Assembly (NCBI GenBank): GCA_042090305.1
Contig: JBELJQ010000004.1
Location: forward strand, 1,790 to 65,789
Source: Pelagibacteraceae bacterium
GTDB taxonomy: Bacteria > Pseudomonadota > Alphaproteobacteria > Methylaequorales > Methylaequoraceae
Direction of reading: 5' to 3'
Length of the DNA: 64,000 nucleotides
In this document: one piece after another, positions 1 to 9,125 of the stretch
How the letters are laid out: each line of letters begins with the position of its first letter
Position numbering within the stretch: the stretch's first letter is position 1
Translations under genes and position numbers: made by a program
The notes under the pieces: generated by a model
Told to the model about the DNA's origin: nothing
What the model saw: only the letters and a program-made list of their open reading frames with translations
Databases searched by the model: none

Positions 1-240
1 GAAAAAGATTCTTCATTAAAATCTCCACTTGTCGGTACTGCTTACTTATGTCCAGAGCCTGGTGCCAAAGCATTTATTGAGGTTGGTCAAAATGTTAAAA
101 TAGGACAAGTTCTGTTGATAATCGAAGCTATGAAAACTATGAATGAGATTACGGCAGATAGAAATGGAGTAGTAAAAAAGATTTTCATACAAAACGAAAC
201 TCCTGTTGAATTTGGAGAACCATTAGTTCTAATTGAATAA
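1..240 (+). CDS. accB: Biotin carboxyl carrier protein of acetyl-CoA carboxylase, C-terminal biotinyl domain (5' end lies outside the window)
   Basis: Frame 1 is open from nt 1 and reads ...GQVLLIIEAMKTMNEITADRNGVVKKIF...LVLIE*, which contains the EAMK biotinyl-lysine motif. Its TAA stop overlaps the accC ATG (TAATG at 238-242). Confidence 0.9.
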   Translation, partial: EKDSSLKSPLVGTAYLCPEPGAKAFIEVGQNVKIGQVLLIIEAMKTMNEITADRNGVVKKIFIQNETPVEFGEPLVLIE

Positions 241-1580
241 TGTTAAAAAAAATTTTAATTGCTAATAGAGGTGAAATCGCCTTAAGAATCTTAAGAGCAT
301 GCAAAGAACTGGATATTAGGACCGTAGTAGTTCACTCAACTGCTGACGAAAAAGAAATGTTCGTTAGATTAGCAGATGAAAGTGTCTGTATTGGTCCCCC
401 TCAAGTTAAAAATTCATATCTAAATATTCCATCAATAATTTCGGCAGCTACAATAGCAAATGTTGATGCTATTCATCCAGGAATAGGAATGATGTCAGAA
501 AATCATAACTTTGCAAAAATAGTAAATGATCATGGATTTACATTTATAGGTCCTAACCATGAAGATATTAAAAATATGTCCAACAAAATAAAAGCTAAAG
601 AGTTTGCCAATAAGATTGGTTTACCGATAGTACCTGGTGGTAAGAAAAATATTAAAAATATTTCTGAAGCAAAAAAAGTTGCAAAAGAAGTCGGTTACCC
701 AGTGTTAATCAAAGCTACAAATGGAGGTGGTGGAAGAGGTATAAAGAAAGTTTATGAGGAAAGTGAACTTAGCGAAAACTTATCCTTAGCAAGAAAAGAA
801 GCAACTCAAAGTTTTGGGAATGATGAAGTATATATTGAAAAGTTTATTGAAGATCCAAGGCATATAGAAGTACAGATAATTGGAGATAAATTTGGTAATA
901 TTATTCATGTTGGTGAACGAGAATGTTCAATACAAAGAAGAAGTCAAAAAGTTATTGAGGAATGTCCAAGTCCTGGTATTTCCAAAGATGAAAGAGAAAG
1001 AATTTGTAAGATAACAGTAAATGCATTTAAAAAGATAGGATATCAGAATCTTGGCACAGTTGAGTATTTATATAGTAAGGGTAACTTTTATTTCATTGAG
1101 ATGAACACGAGACTACAGGTAGAGCATACAGTCACAGAAGAAGTTTATAATATTGATATTGTAAAGGAGCAAATTTTTATCGCATCAGGAAAAAAACTAT
1201 CAATTCGACAAATCGATATTAGAGAACAATGCCATTCAATTGAATGTAGAATAAATGCTGAAAATCCAATTACTCTATTTCCATCAACAGGTATGGTCAC
1301 TACATATCACCCTCCAGGGGGACCAGGAATAAGAGTTGACTCTCTTTTATATTCTGGATGCAGTGTAACAGCCTTTTATGACGGCTTAGTATCAAAAATA
1401 ATATCAACTGGCAATACGAGAACCGAATGTATTATGAGATTAAAAAGAGCATTAGATGAATATGTGATTGAAGGGATAGATACAAATATTAGTTCCTTAA
1501 AAAAAATAATTTGTCATGATGATTTTATAAACTGTAATTTTGATATTAGCTGGTTTGATAAAATATTGGAGAATAACTAA
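240..1580 (+). CDS. accC: Acetyl-CoA carboxylase biotin carboxylase subunit
   Basis: 446 aa. N-terminus KILIANRGEIALRI, ATP-grasp glycine loop KATNGGGGRGI, and EMNTRLQVEHTVTE. It follows accB directly. Confidence 0.95.
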   Translation: MLKKILIANRGEIALRILRACKELDIRTVVVHSTADEKEMFVRLADESVCIGPPQVKNSYLNIPSIISAATIANVDAIHPGIGMMSENHNFAKIVNDHGFTFIGPNHEDIKNMSNKIKAKEFANKIGLPIVPGGKKNIKNISEAKKVAKEVGYPVLIKATNGGGGRGIKKVYEESELSENLSLARKEATQSFGNDEVYIEKFIEDPRHIEVQIIGDKFGNIIHVGERECSIQRRSQKVIEECPSPGISKDERERICKITVNAFKKIGYQNLGTVEYLYSKGNFYFIEMNTRLQVEHTVTEEVYNIDIVKEQIFIASGKKLSIRQIDIREQCHSIECRINAENPITLFPSTGMVTTYHPPGGPGIRVDSLLYSGCSVTAFYDGLVSKIISTGNTRTECIMRLKRALDEYVIEGIDTNISSLKKIICHDDFINCNFDISWFDKILENN

Positions 1581-2209
1581 TGTTTTTATCAGAAAATATT
1601 GTTCTACAAGCCTATAGAAAAGGAATGTTTCCAATGTCAGAGTCAATAGATGATCCATATATTTTCTGGGTCAACCCTGAACAAAGAGGAATTATTCACT
1701 TAAATGATTTCAAAGTCTCAAAAAGCTTAAGAAAAATAATTAAAAAAGAAAATTATGTTATTAAAGTTAATAATAATTTTACAAAAGTAATTGAGCTATG
1801 CGCAAAAAATAAGTTTAGAGATAGTACATGGATCAATAAACAAATCGTGGATAGTTATACAAGCTTATCAAGAATGGGTAAAGCGATATCTGTTGAATAT
1901 TATGAAAACAATCAAATACTAGGTGGTTTATATGGAGTGATTCTAGGTGAAATTTTTTGTGGTGAAAGTATGTTTAGTCTTAAGGATAATGCAAGTAAAA
2001 TTTCAATAGTATATCTAGCTGCTTTTTTAAAACAATCGGGATTTAGAATAATTGATACTCAATTCTATTCAGAACATTTAAGACAATTTGGAACAATTGA
2101 AATTTCTCAGAGTCAGTATTTAGATATTCTTAAAGAAAATAATAATAAAAAAGATTTATCTTTTCAAAAAACACTTAATGTAAGTGTTCTTAATTTCTTT
2201 AAAAGCTAG
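1580..2209 (+). CDS. aat: Leucyl/phenylalanyl-tRNA--protein transferase
   Basis: 209 aa with QAYRKGMFPM, WVNPEQRGII and GESMFS motifs typical of Aat. The accBC-aat order is common in alphaproteobacteria. Confidence 0.85.
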   Translation: MFLSENIVLQAYRKGMFPMSESIDDPYIFWVNPEQRGIIHLNDFKVSKSLRKIIKKENYVIKVNNNFTKVIELCAKNKFRDSTWINKQIVDSYTSLSRMGKAISVEYYENNQILGGLYGVILGEIFCGESMFSLKDNASKISIVYLAAFLKQSGFRIIDTQFYSEHLRQFGTIEISQSQYLDILKENNNKKDLSFQKTLNVSVLNFFKS

Positions 2210-2600
2210 ACTTCTTTAGAAATATTGGGTCTTTTTCTAAACAACTATGGAGTCTAATGTCGAGTGAAGGGTTGTGTGGAGAATTAATGTAATGGGATGA
2301 TTTAAATATCCAACCAAAAAACTTGTTAGTTTCTCTGCCCACAGTTTTAAATTCATGACTTATTAAAGCTACCTCTTCTTGTTTTCCTTCTTCAATTTTT
2401 AGAACGCACCTATGAACTATAATCATTGTATTATTTATTTCTAACGTTTGAGATAAAGGTAATGTATAAAAGGACTTTTCGGTTGTATCTTTATTAAGAA
2501 TTCTTAATTTAACACCTTGATATTCTTGAGTTTCAGAAATAGATTTACTACTATAGATAATTGAAATAATTAAAATTAATAACGATATTTTCTTTTTCAT
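2199..2600 (-). CDS. DUF2155-family exported protein
   Basis: 133 aa with a signal peptide. The C-terminal FFGWIFKSSHYINSPHNPSLDIRLHSC resembles the DUF2155 signature (GWMF.sSP...HPvYDvwl..C). It is linked to MlaD and NDUFA12-like genes, as in other alphaproteobacteria. Confidence 0.6.
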   Translation of the reverse strand: MKKKISLLILIISIIYSSKSISETQEYQGVKLRILNKDTTEKSFYTLPLSQTLEINNTMIIVHRCVLKIEEGKQEEVALISHEFKTVGRETNKFFGWIFKSSHYINSPHNPSLDIRLHSCLEKDPIFLKKSSF

Positions 2601-2812
2601 TTCCCAATTGAAAACTTAAGTTCATCGATAAGTACTCTTACTTTCTTTTTAAAATCACCTTCATCACATCCCATTAAAATAGCATCGTCAAATGAATTTT
2701 GAATAATATTTTTCACTTCATAGAAATTCTCATTTAAAATTTTATTAGATTCATCGCATGATATTACTTTTTTATTTTTATCAACCCAAAGGTATTCTTT
2801 ATCTTTTTTCAT
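2597..2812 (-). CDS. Hypothetical small protein (71 aa, no predicted TM segment)
   Basis: The ORF is tightly packed between neighbours, with 4-nt and 2-nt junctions. I recognise no family. Confidence 0.4.
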   Translation of the reverse strand: MKKDKEYLWVDKNKKVISCDESNKILNENFYEVKNIIQNSFDDAILMGCDEGDFKKKVRVLIDELKFSIGK

Positions 2813-2813
2813 T

Positions 2814-3263
2814 TTATTGAGTTGCCAAGAAAATTATTTTACTAACTTGATCCTCGATTGATTCAAAGTCTTCTACATTTTCTAAATTTTGATACTTATC
2901 AACAAAATCTTTTGATTCTCTATTATTTGGAGTAATTGAAAGATACTTATTTCCCAATATTCCATCACTTTTAATTGATACTAAGCTATCTTTGGGAATT
3001 TGTATCGTTCCAATTACCTGAAAACCTACATTAGCCATATAATCTTCATCAAGATTAACATTATTAACAACACCAATTTTTACACCACTCATCTTTACAT
3101 CATTACCTACTATCAATCCACCTACTTCAAGGAATTTTGCATTAAGTTGATAAAAATCATCATCAGAACTATTTGAATTTATGCTTAAGAATCTGACTAG
3201 AAAGCTCAAAGCCACAAGTAAGGTTAACACACCTAATATTGATTCAAAGTGATTAGATTTCAT
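2814..3263 (-). CDS. MlaD/MCE-domain protein (paralogue 2)
   Basis: 149 aa with an N-terminal TM anchor and a single MCE domain. LVSIKSDGILGNKYLSI matches the E. coli MlaD SLSIRTSGLLGEQYLAL region. Confidence 0.75.
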   Translation of the reverse strand: MKSNHFESILGVLTLLVALSFLVRFLSINSNSSDDDFYQLNAKFLEVGGLIVGNDVKMSGVKIGVVNNVNLDEDYMANVGFQVIGTIQIPKDSLVSIKSDGILGNKYLSITPNNRESKDFVDKYQNLENVEDFESIEDQVSKIIFLATQ

Positions 3264-3696
3264 TTTTTTTAATATCTCCTATTTGAATTATTTTTTTTAA
3301 AAGATCTTCAATCATTATAGAGTCCTCATGAAAAGAAAAAAAGTCATTTTCTTTCATGAAATTATCATTACCTCCAAGTTCAATTAATAGAAATTTAGAA
3401 CCAAAGAGGCCATCGGTTTGGATTGATATTGATGAATCATCTGTTATCTTAATTTTTTTATCTACAAGTATTGAAACAAAGGGATAATTCTCTTTTAAAG
3501 CAATTTTATTTATATGCCCTACTTCAATACCAGAAATTAAAACTTTTGTACCAACTTGAACACCATCAATTTTGTTGAATGTAACATTATACTTAGTAAA
3601 ATTACTATTTGTGTTTTCTTTTTTTGAAAAAAGTGAGTATGACAATAGTGTTACAATTAAAAGACCAAAAGAAAATTTTGTTAATCTAGTCTTCAT
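3253..3696 (-). CDS. MlaD/MCE-domain protein (paralogue 1)
   Basis: 147 aa with an N-terminal TM anchor. VGTKVLISGIEVGHI and SISIQTDGLFGSKFLLIEL match the MCE-domain core. Confidence 0.75.
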   Translation of the reverse strand: MKTRLTKFSFGLLIVTLLSYSLFSKKENTNSNFTKYNVTFNKIDGVQVGTKVLISGIEVGHINKIALKENYPFVSILVDKKIKITDDSSISIQTDGLFGSKFLLIELGGNDNFMKENDFFSFHEDSIMIEDLLKKIIQIGDIKKNEI

Positions 3697-4054
3697 TTGG
3701 CTTCCAAATTGTATAAACGTTTTTTAACTTTTTTGAGTCTTTTTTATCTTTGTATTCATAAGCAAAAGGAGTCCCAGTAAGATTAGGTACATGATCTTTT
3801 ATCCATGATGGTTTATTTGGATTTAAACTCGGAACTTCGTTAGTAACATGATGAAGCCAAGCATTCCATTCTTGGGGTACTTTGCTAGCTTCAACCACAC
3901 CTTTGTAGATTATAAAACGTCTTTCGCGTGAATTATTTTTAACATTATTAGTTTTTTTTACATAATAGGAATTCCCATAATCATCTTTGCCGACAAAATT
4001 AGTAAAAATTTTGCAATAAATTTTAAAAAGAGTTGAATTATATGATAGACTCAT
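3686..4054 (-). CDS. NADH:ubiquinone oxidoreductase subunit NDUFA12-like protein
   Basis: 122 aa. GKDDYGNSYY...RRFIIYKG....VPQEWNAWLHH is the NDUFA12-family signature seen in alphaproteobacteria. Confidence 0.8.
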   Translation of the reverse strand: MSLSYNSTLFKIYCKIFTNFVGKDDYGNSYYVKKTNNVKNNSRERRFIIYKGVVEASKVPQEWNAWLHHVTNEVPSLNPNKPSWIKDHVPNLTGTPFAYEYKDKKDSKKLKNVYTIWKPNED

Positions 4055-4079
4055 AAAAAAACCTTAAATTATACTATAC

Positions 4080-4901
4080 ATGGATAAATATAACGATTTA
4101 AAAAACTTTATCGACAACTTTGTTTATAATATTGAAAAAAAAGTTGAATTAAACAAGCAAGAAAATCAAAATAAAAATATTCAAGACCTTTGCAAAGAAA
4201 TAAATCAAGAATTACTTAAATTCAAAAAATTTAAAAAAAATCCAACCAACAATCATAAAGTACGTTCAAAATTACCAGATAGAAGAAAAGGATATACTCA
4301 AAAAGCAACGATTGACAAGCATAAAGTTTATCTAAGAACCGGTGAGTATATGGACGGGAGTTTAGGTGAAATTTTTATTGATATGCATAAAGAAGGTGCT
4401 GCATTTAGAAGTTTAATGAATAATTTCGCAATTGCCATTTCTATAGGCCTCCAGTACGGAGTACCACTTGAAGAATTCGTAGAAGCTTTTACTTTCACTA
4501 AATTTCAACCATCAGGTAAAGTTGTAGGTAATACGGAAATTAGGACAGCAACATCTATACTTGATTATATCTTCAAAGAACTTGCAATTTCTTATCTTGG
4601 TAGAGATGATTTTAGTAATCAAGATATTAATAATGAAACTGAACTCAATCCAACAGATATAATTGAATCTAAAAAGAATGCTGAAAAAGTCTTAAAAGAA
4701 TTCACAAGTACTGGATATATAAGGAAAAAGATTTTGGACAATAAACTTACATTAATAAGTAATGAAAAAAATCAATTGGAGCAAATTAAAGAAAATTATA
4801 AATTTGAGGGTGATGCATGCGATAAATGCGGTAATTTTACATTATATAAAGAACTGAAAAAAATAAAATGTTTAACTTGTAATCATGAATATAACGAATA
4901 A
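4080..4901 (+). CDS. Stand-alone TSCPD / class II (B12-dependent) ribonucleotide reductase C-terminal module with terminal Cys4 zinc ribbon
   Basis: [79 protein letters not shown] closely matches my recollection of the C-terminal region of long alphaproteobacterial NrdJ. The protein ends with CDKC...CLTC. Confidence 0.7.
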   Translation: MDKYNDLKNFIDNFVYNIEKKVELNKQENQNKNIQDLCKEINQELLKFKKFKKNPTNNHKVRSKLPDRRKGYTQKATIDKHKVYLRTGEYMDGSLGEIFIDMHKEGAAFRSLMNNFAIAISIGLQYGVPLEEFVEAFTFTKFQPSGKVVGNTEIRTATSILDYIFKELAISYLGRDDFSNQDINNETELNPTDIIESKKNAEKVLKEFTSTGYIRKKILDNKLTLISNEKNQLEQIKENYKFEGDACDKCGNFTLYKELKKIKCLTCNHEYNE

Positions 4902-5376
4902 TTTTTTTTCAGAACTACTCAGAAAAAATAAAATCTTAAAGTACAATAAAAGTCAAATTCCTTTGGCTAATTATTCATCATTTTCTTTTCATAATAATAT
5001 GCTCTTCATTTCAGGACAACTTCCAATGGTAGATAATAACCTTAAATATGCTGGGAAAATAAACTCTGGTTTAGAATTAAATGATATTGAACAGGCAATA
5101 TTAATTTGCACTAGTAATACTCTTTGGCACGTAAGCACATTCATTGATGAAAATATAAATTCTAATTTTAAAAATGTTAGTTGTTTGAATATTAAAGGAT
5201 ATTTTAATTCAGATTCTAACTTTATTAATCACTCATCCCTACTAGATGTTGCTTCTAACTTAATAATTACAGTTCTAGGTGATGAAAAAGGAAAACACAG
5301 TAGGGTAGCTATTGGATGTTCAAGTTTACCAAAAAACTCTCCTGTTGAAATTGAATCTATTTTCTCAATATACTAA
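4885..5376 (+). CDS. RidA/YjgF/TdcF-family protein
   Basis: 163 aa. LFISGQLP near the N-terminus and a C-terminal VEIESI-type ending are typical of the YjgF/RidA fold. The assignment rests on family resemblance only. Confidence 0.6.
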   Translation: MNITNNFFSELLRKNKILKYNKSQIPLANYSSFSFHNNMLFISGQLPMVDNNLKYAGKINSGLELNDIEQAILICTSNTLWHVSTFIDENINSNFKNVSCLNIKGYFNSDSNFINHSSLLDVASNLIITVLGDEKGKHSRVAIGCSSLPKNSPVEIESIFSIY

Positions 5377-5382
5377 TCTATA

Positions 5383-6507
5383 ATGAAAATAGAAACTATT
5401 TCCTCTATCGAAGGTATAAAATCATTTTGTAAAGAAAACTTTACAGATATTTGTCCATTCATTAATTATAATTTTTTTAATCTATTGGAAAAAACTAATT
5501 GTACAACTGAACAAAAAGGATGGAAACCAGAACACATTATTGTGAAAGAAAAAGGTAAGATATTAGCGATTATTCCTAATTTTAGAAAATTTCATTCTTA
5601 TGGTGAGTTCGTTTTTGATCAAATTTTTGAAAATGCATTTTATCAACTTGGTTATGATTATTTCCCAAAATTTTTATCTGCTATTCCATTTACTCCTGTT
5701 ACAAGAAATAATTTCTTTTACTCTGAAAATACCATTGATAAAAATAAACTTTATAATGAATTAAAAGAATTTTTTCTTAAAAAAAAGGTTTCATCTTTTC
5801 ATCTCAACTTTATTAGTGAAAATACATCCAAAAGAATAGAAAATCATTTCTTAAGAAGGACTGGGCTCCAATACCATTGGATAAATAAAGATTATAAGTC
5901 ATTTGAAGATTTTCTGAGTAATTTAAAAAGTAGAAAGAGAAAAAATATACTTAAAGAACGACTATCAATAATAGAAAACAATATTAGTTTTAAAATTAAA
6001 ACGGGGATTGATATCAAGATAAATGATTTAGAAAACCTTTATACTTGCTATGCAAAAACTATTAATAAAAAATGGTCAAAAGAATATCTCACAAAGGAGT
6101 TTTTTCTAAGTTTAGGTGATTACAAGCAACTAAATGAAACTATACTAATTTGTGCATATCAAAATAAAATTTTTGTTGGGTGCTCTGTTCATTTTAAAAA
6201 AGAAAAAAACTTATATGGACGTTACTGGGGTGCATTGTCTGAAATTCCTAATCTACATTTTGAACTCTGTTATTATCAAGCAATTGATTACGCAATTGAA
6301 AATAAATTGGAATTAGTAGAGGCTGGTGCCCAGGGTGAACACAAGATTGCTAGAGGTTATCTTCCAGTTAAAACTTTTAGTAATCACTGGTTTAATTCAG
6401 ATTTATTAATTAAACCGATCAAAACTTTTCTTAAAAGCGAGGAAGTTAAAATAGAAGAAACAATTGGTCTAGTAAATGAGAAATATAATCCATTTAATGA
6501 TAAATAG
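5383..6507 (+). CDS. DUF482 / COG3146 GNAT-like (FemAB-like) acyltransferase family protein
   Basis: 374 aa. FHSYGEFVFDQIFENAFYQLGYDYFPKFLSAIPFTPVT matches the conserved K.hSyGEyvFD...YYPK...PFTPv block of this family. Confidence 0.7.
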   Translation: MKIETISSIEGIKSFCKENFTDICPFINYNFFNLLEKTNCTTEQKGWKPEHIIVKEKGKILAIIPNFRKFHSYGEFVFDQIFENAFYQLGYDYFPKFLSAIPFTPVTRNNFFYSENTIDKNKLYNELKEFFLKKKVSSFHLNFISENTSKRIENHFLRRTGLQYHWINKDYKSFEDFLSNLKSRKRKNILKERLSIIENNISFKIKTGIDIKINDLENLYTCYAKTINKKWSKEYLTKEFFLSLGDYKQLNETILICAYQNKIFVGCSVHFKKEKNLYGRYWGALSEIPNLHFELCYYQAIDYAIENKLELVEAGAQGEHKIARGYLPVKTFSNHWFNSDLLIKPIKTFLKSEEVKIEETIGLVNEKYNPFNDK

Positions 6508-8770
6508 ATTCTTTACTGTTAAGATCATCTGTTAACAAAATCTTAAATTTACTCTCCTTTTCTGAATAATCAACTAAAGCATTCCTTTTATTTTTAGATG
6601 ACTTAAGTAAAAGGTTAGCTAATGGTATTTTGATTTGGTCTTGAATTACTCTAGCCATGGGCCTGGCTCCATTTACAGAATCAAAACCTAAATTAAGAAG
6701 AGAGTCTTTTGCCTTTTGGGTAACATTTAAGGATATTTCTTTCTCAAATAACTGTAATTCTAACTCCATCAGAAATTTATCTACAATTTTAAGTGAGTTA
6801 TTTTTATCTAGCATTTTAAAATTAACTGTAGCATCTAATCTATTTCTAAATTCAGGACTAAAGAAGTTTTGAATCGCTTTCTCATTATCTTTGACAGATT
6901 TATCATTAAGAAAACCAATTTTTTCTCTCACAATATCAACTGCACCAACATTGCTAGTCATTACTAGTATTGCATTAGTAAAATCCACTTTTTTACCAAG
7001 ATGGTCTGTTAATTTTCCATAATCCATAACTTGTAACAAAAGATTAAATAAATCCGGATGAGCTTTTTCTATTTCATCGAGAAGTATAACTGAGTGTGGG
7101 TTCTTATCAATAGCATCAGTTAGCAATCCTCCTTGATCAAACCCTACATATCCTGGTGGGGCACCAATTAACTTTGAAACACTGTGCCTCTCCATATATT
7201 CGGACATATCAAATCTTACAAAGTTCATTTTCATAATATTGGCAAGCTGTTTAGTTAGTTCCGTTTTTCCAACACCAGTTGGACCTGCAAAAAGGAATGA
7301 TCCTATAGGCTTATCTTTATTACGGAGGCCTACTTTCGTAAGTTTAACAGCTGATGAAAGAACTGTAATTGCTTCATCTTGACCAAATATTAAAGTTTTT
7401 AGATCTCTTTCTAGGTTTTTCAGTTTAATTTTATCATTTGATTTAATGGTGTTTTCTGGAATGTTTGCAATCCTAGATATTGTATTTTGAATATCGGTTT
7501 TAGAAACTACTTTTTTTAGTCTTTTATTATTAATCTTTACAGCTGCAGCTGCTTCATCTATTACATCGATAGCTTTATCAGGGAGCTTTAGATTGACAAG
7601 ATATTTTTTTGATAAGTTCACAGCTTCTTCGAAACATTCATCGTCAAAAGTAACGGAATGAAAATCTTCATAAAATTCTTTTATACCACTTAAAATTTTA
7701 ACAGAGTTTTCCGATGATGGTTCATCGATATCTATTTTTTGAAATCTCCTGCATAAAGCTCTATCCTTTTCGAAATAATTTCTATATTCACTGTATGTAG
7801 TAGAACCCATGCATCTTAAACTACCCTTAGAAAGCGCTGGTTTTAAAATATTTGATGCATCCATAGAACCAGATGTAGTTCCTCCAGCTCCTATCAGGGT
7901 ATGTATTTCGTCAATGAAAAGAATATAATCGTTATTATTTTCAAAAAAAGTTATGAGTTTTTTTAGCCTGTCTTCAAAATCACCTCTAAACTTCGTACCA
8001 GCAAGCAAACCTCCTAAGTCAAGAGAGAATATCGTGGAATTAACCAGACAATCCGGAACTTCTGAATTTACAATCTTAAATGCAAGACCTTCAGCAAGTG
8101 CAGTCTTACCAACACCTGGATCACCAACAAATATGGGATTGTTTTTGTTTCTTCTAGAAAGAATATGTATTGTTCTTTCAATTTCACTTTCTCTTCCAAT
8201 AATTGGATCAATCTTTTTTTGTAAAACAAGTTTATTTAGATTTACACAGTATTTTTCTAAAAATCGATTCATATTATCTGTTACTTTTTCGTCACTAGTT
8301 TCAATCTTTTGTTCTTCTTCATTATCAGCAGAACCCTTATTCACTCCATGTGAAATATAGTCTACGACGTCAAGTCTGGAAAGATTTTGTTGTTGTAAAA
8401 AATATACAGCGTGTGATTCTCTTTCACTAAATAAAGCAACCAAAACATTAGCACCATTAGCTTCATCGTTTCCTGAAGATTGAACGTGAATAACGGCTCG
8501 TTGAATAACTCTTTGAAAACCTAAGGTTGGCTTAATCTCATCTAAATTTGATTCTGATTCTTTTAAATCTTTAAGATCAGTTTTAATAAACTTTTCTAAG
8601 TCTTGTCTCAGGGATTTATCATTAATTGAGCATGCAGTGAATATTTTTTTTACATCAATATCATCTAATAAAGATAAAAGAAGATGTTCTAAAGTCATGT
8701 ATAGGTGTCCGTATTCCTTTGCATAGGTTTGGGTTCTTTGTAAAGTTTTTTCAAATTCATCAGAAATCAT
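6494..8770 (-). CDS. clpA: ATP-dependent Clp protease ATP-binding subunit ClpA
   Basis: 758 aa with two AAA+ modules (GDPGVGKTALAEG and GPTGVGKTELTKQ Walker A) and an N-terminal Clp_N repeat. Its start overlaps the clpS stop. Confidence 0.95.
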   Translation of the reverse strand: MISDEFEKTLQRTQTYAKEYGHLYMTLEHLLLSLLDDIDVKKIFTACSINDKSLRQDLEKFIKTDLKDLKESESNLDEIKPTLGFQRVIQRAVIHVQSSGNDEANGANVLVALFSERESHAVYFLQQQNLSRLDVVDYISHGVNKGSADNEEEQKIETSDEKVTDNMNRFLEKYCVNLNKLVLQKKIDPIIGRESEIERTIHILSRRNKNNPIFVGDPGVGKTALAEGLAFKIVNSEVPDCLVNSTIFSLDLGGLLAGTKFRGDFEDRLKKLITFFENNNDYILFIDEIHTLIGAGGTTSGSMDASNILKPALSKGSLRCMGSTTYSEYRNYFEKDRALCRRFQKIDIDEPSSENSVKILSGIKEFYEDFHSVTFDDECFEEAVNLSKKYLVNLKLPDKAIDVIDEAAAAVKINNKRLKKVVSKTDIQNTISRIANIPENTIKSNDKIKLKNLERDLKTLIFGQDEAITVLSSAVKLTKVGLRNKDKPIGSFLFAGPTGVGKTELTKQLANIMKMNFVRFDMSEYMERHSVSKLIGAPPGYVGFDQGGLLTDAIDKNPHSVILLDEIEKAHPDLFNLLLQVMDYGKLTDHLGKKVDFTNAILVMTSNVGAVDIVREKIGFLNDKSVKDNEKAIQNFFSPEFRNRLDATVNFKMLDKNNSLKIVDKFLMELELQLFEKEISLNVTQKAKDSLLNLGFDSVNGARPMARVIQDQIKIPLANLLLKSSKNKRNALVDYSEKESKFKILLTDDLNSKESIYH

Positions 8771-9087
8771 TATTCAGCCTCCATAATACATTTGAGAGGA
8801 TGTTGATCATTTTTTGCCATCTTTTGTACAGTATGAACCTTAGTTTCAGCAATATCTTTAGTATAAATACCGCAAATTCCAGACCCTTTTTTATGAACCA
8901 TAAGCATTATATTCACTGCTTGGTCTTCGTTCTTACTAAATACCATCTTTAAAAGCTTTACAACATACTCCATTGGCGTGTAATCATCGTTTAACAAAAT
9001 CACTTTATAAAGTTTGGGTTTATCAACCTTTACTTTTGATTTTGTTAGAACCTCTGATGTAGATATTGATTTAGAATTATTAGACAT
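8770..9087 (-). CDS. clpS: ATP-dependent Clp protease adaptor ClpS
   Basis: 105 aa. KPKLYKVILLNDDYTPMEYVVKLLKMVF is the canonical ClpS core. It lies directly upstream of clpA. Confidence 0.95.
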   Translation of the reverse strand: MSNNSKSISTSEVLTKSKVKVDKPKLYKVILLNDDYTPMEYVVKLLKMVFSKNEDQAVNIMLMVHKKGSGICGIYTKDIAETKVHTVQKMAKNDQHPLKCIMEAE

Positions 9088-9125
9088 GGAAATATATAAA
9101 GTTAATTAATAATAAGGTAGAAAAA

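Noticed and set aside
6657-8360. Plus-strand ORFs 6657-6872 and 7953-8360 inside clpA. Similar antisense ORFs lie in ftsH (54279-55172), fhs (15316-15534), thiG (17327-17890), thiO (18463-19122) and tolA (61118-61381).
   Set aside because: They lie entirely antisense to strongly conserved genes. Their products are low-complexity and Ser/Phe/Leu-rich, as expected for shadow frames of AT-rich coding DNA. They have no independent signals.
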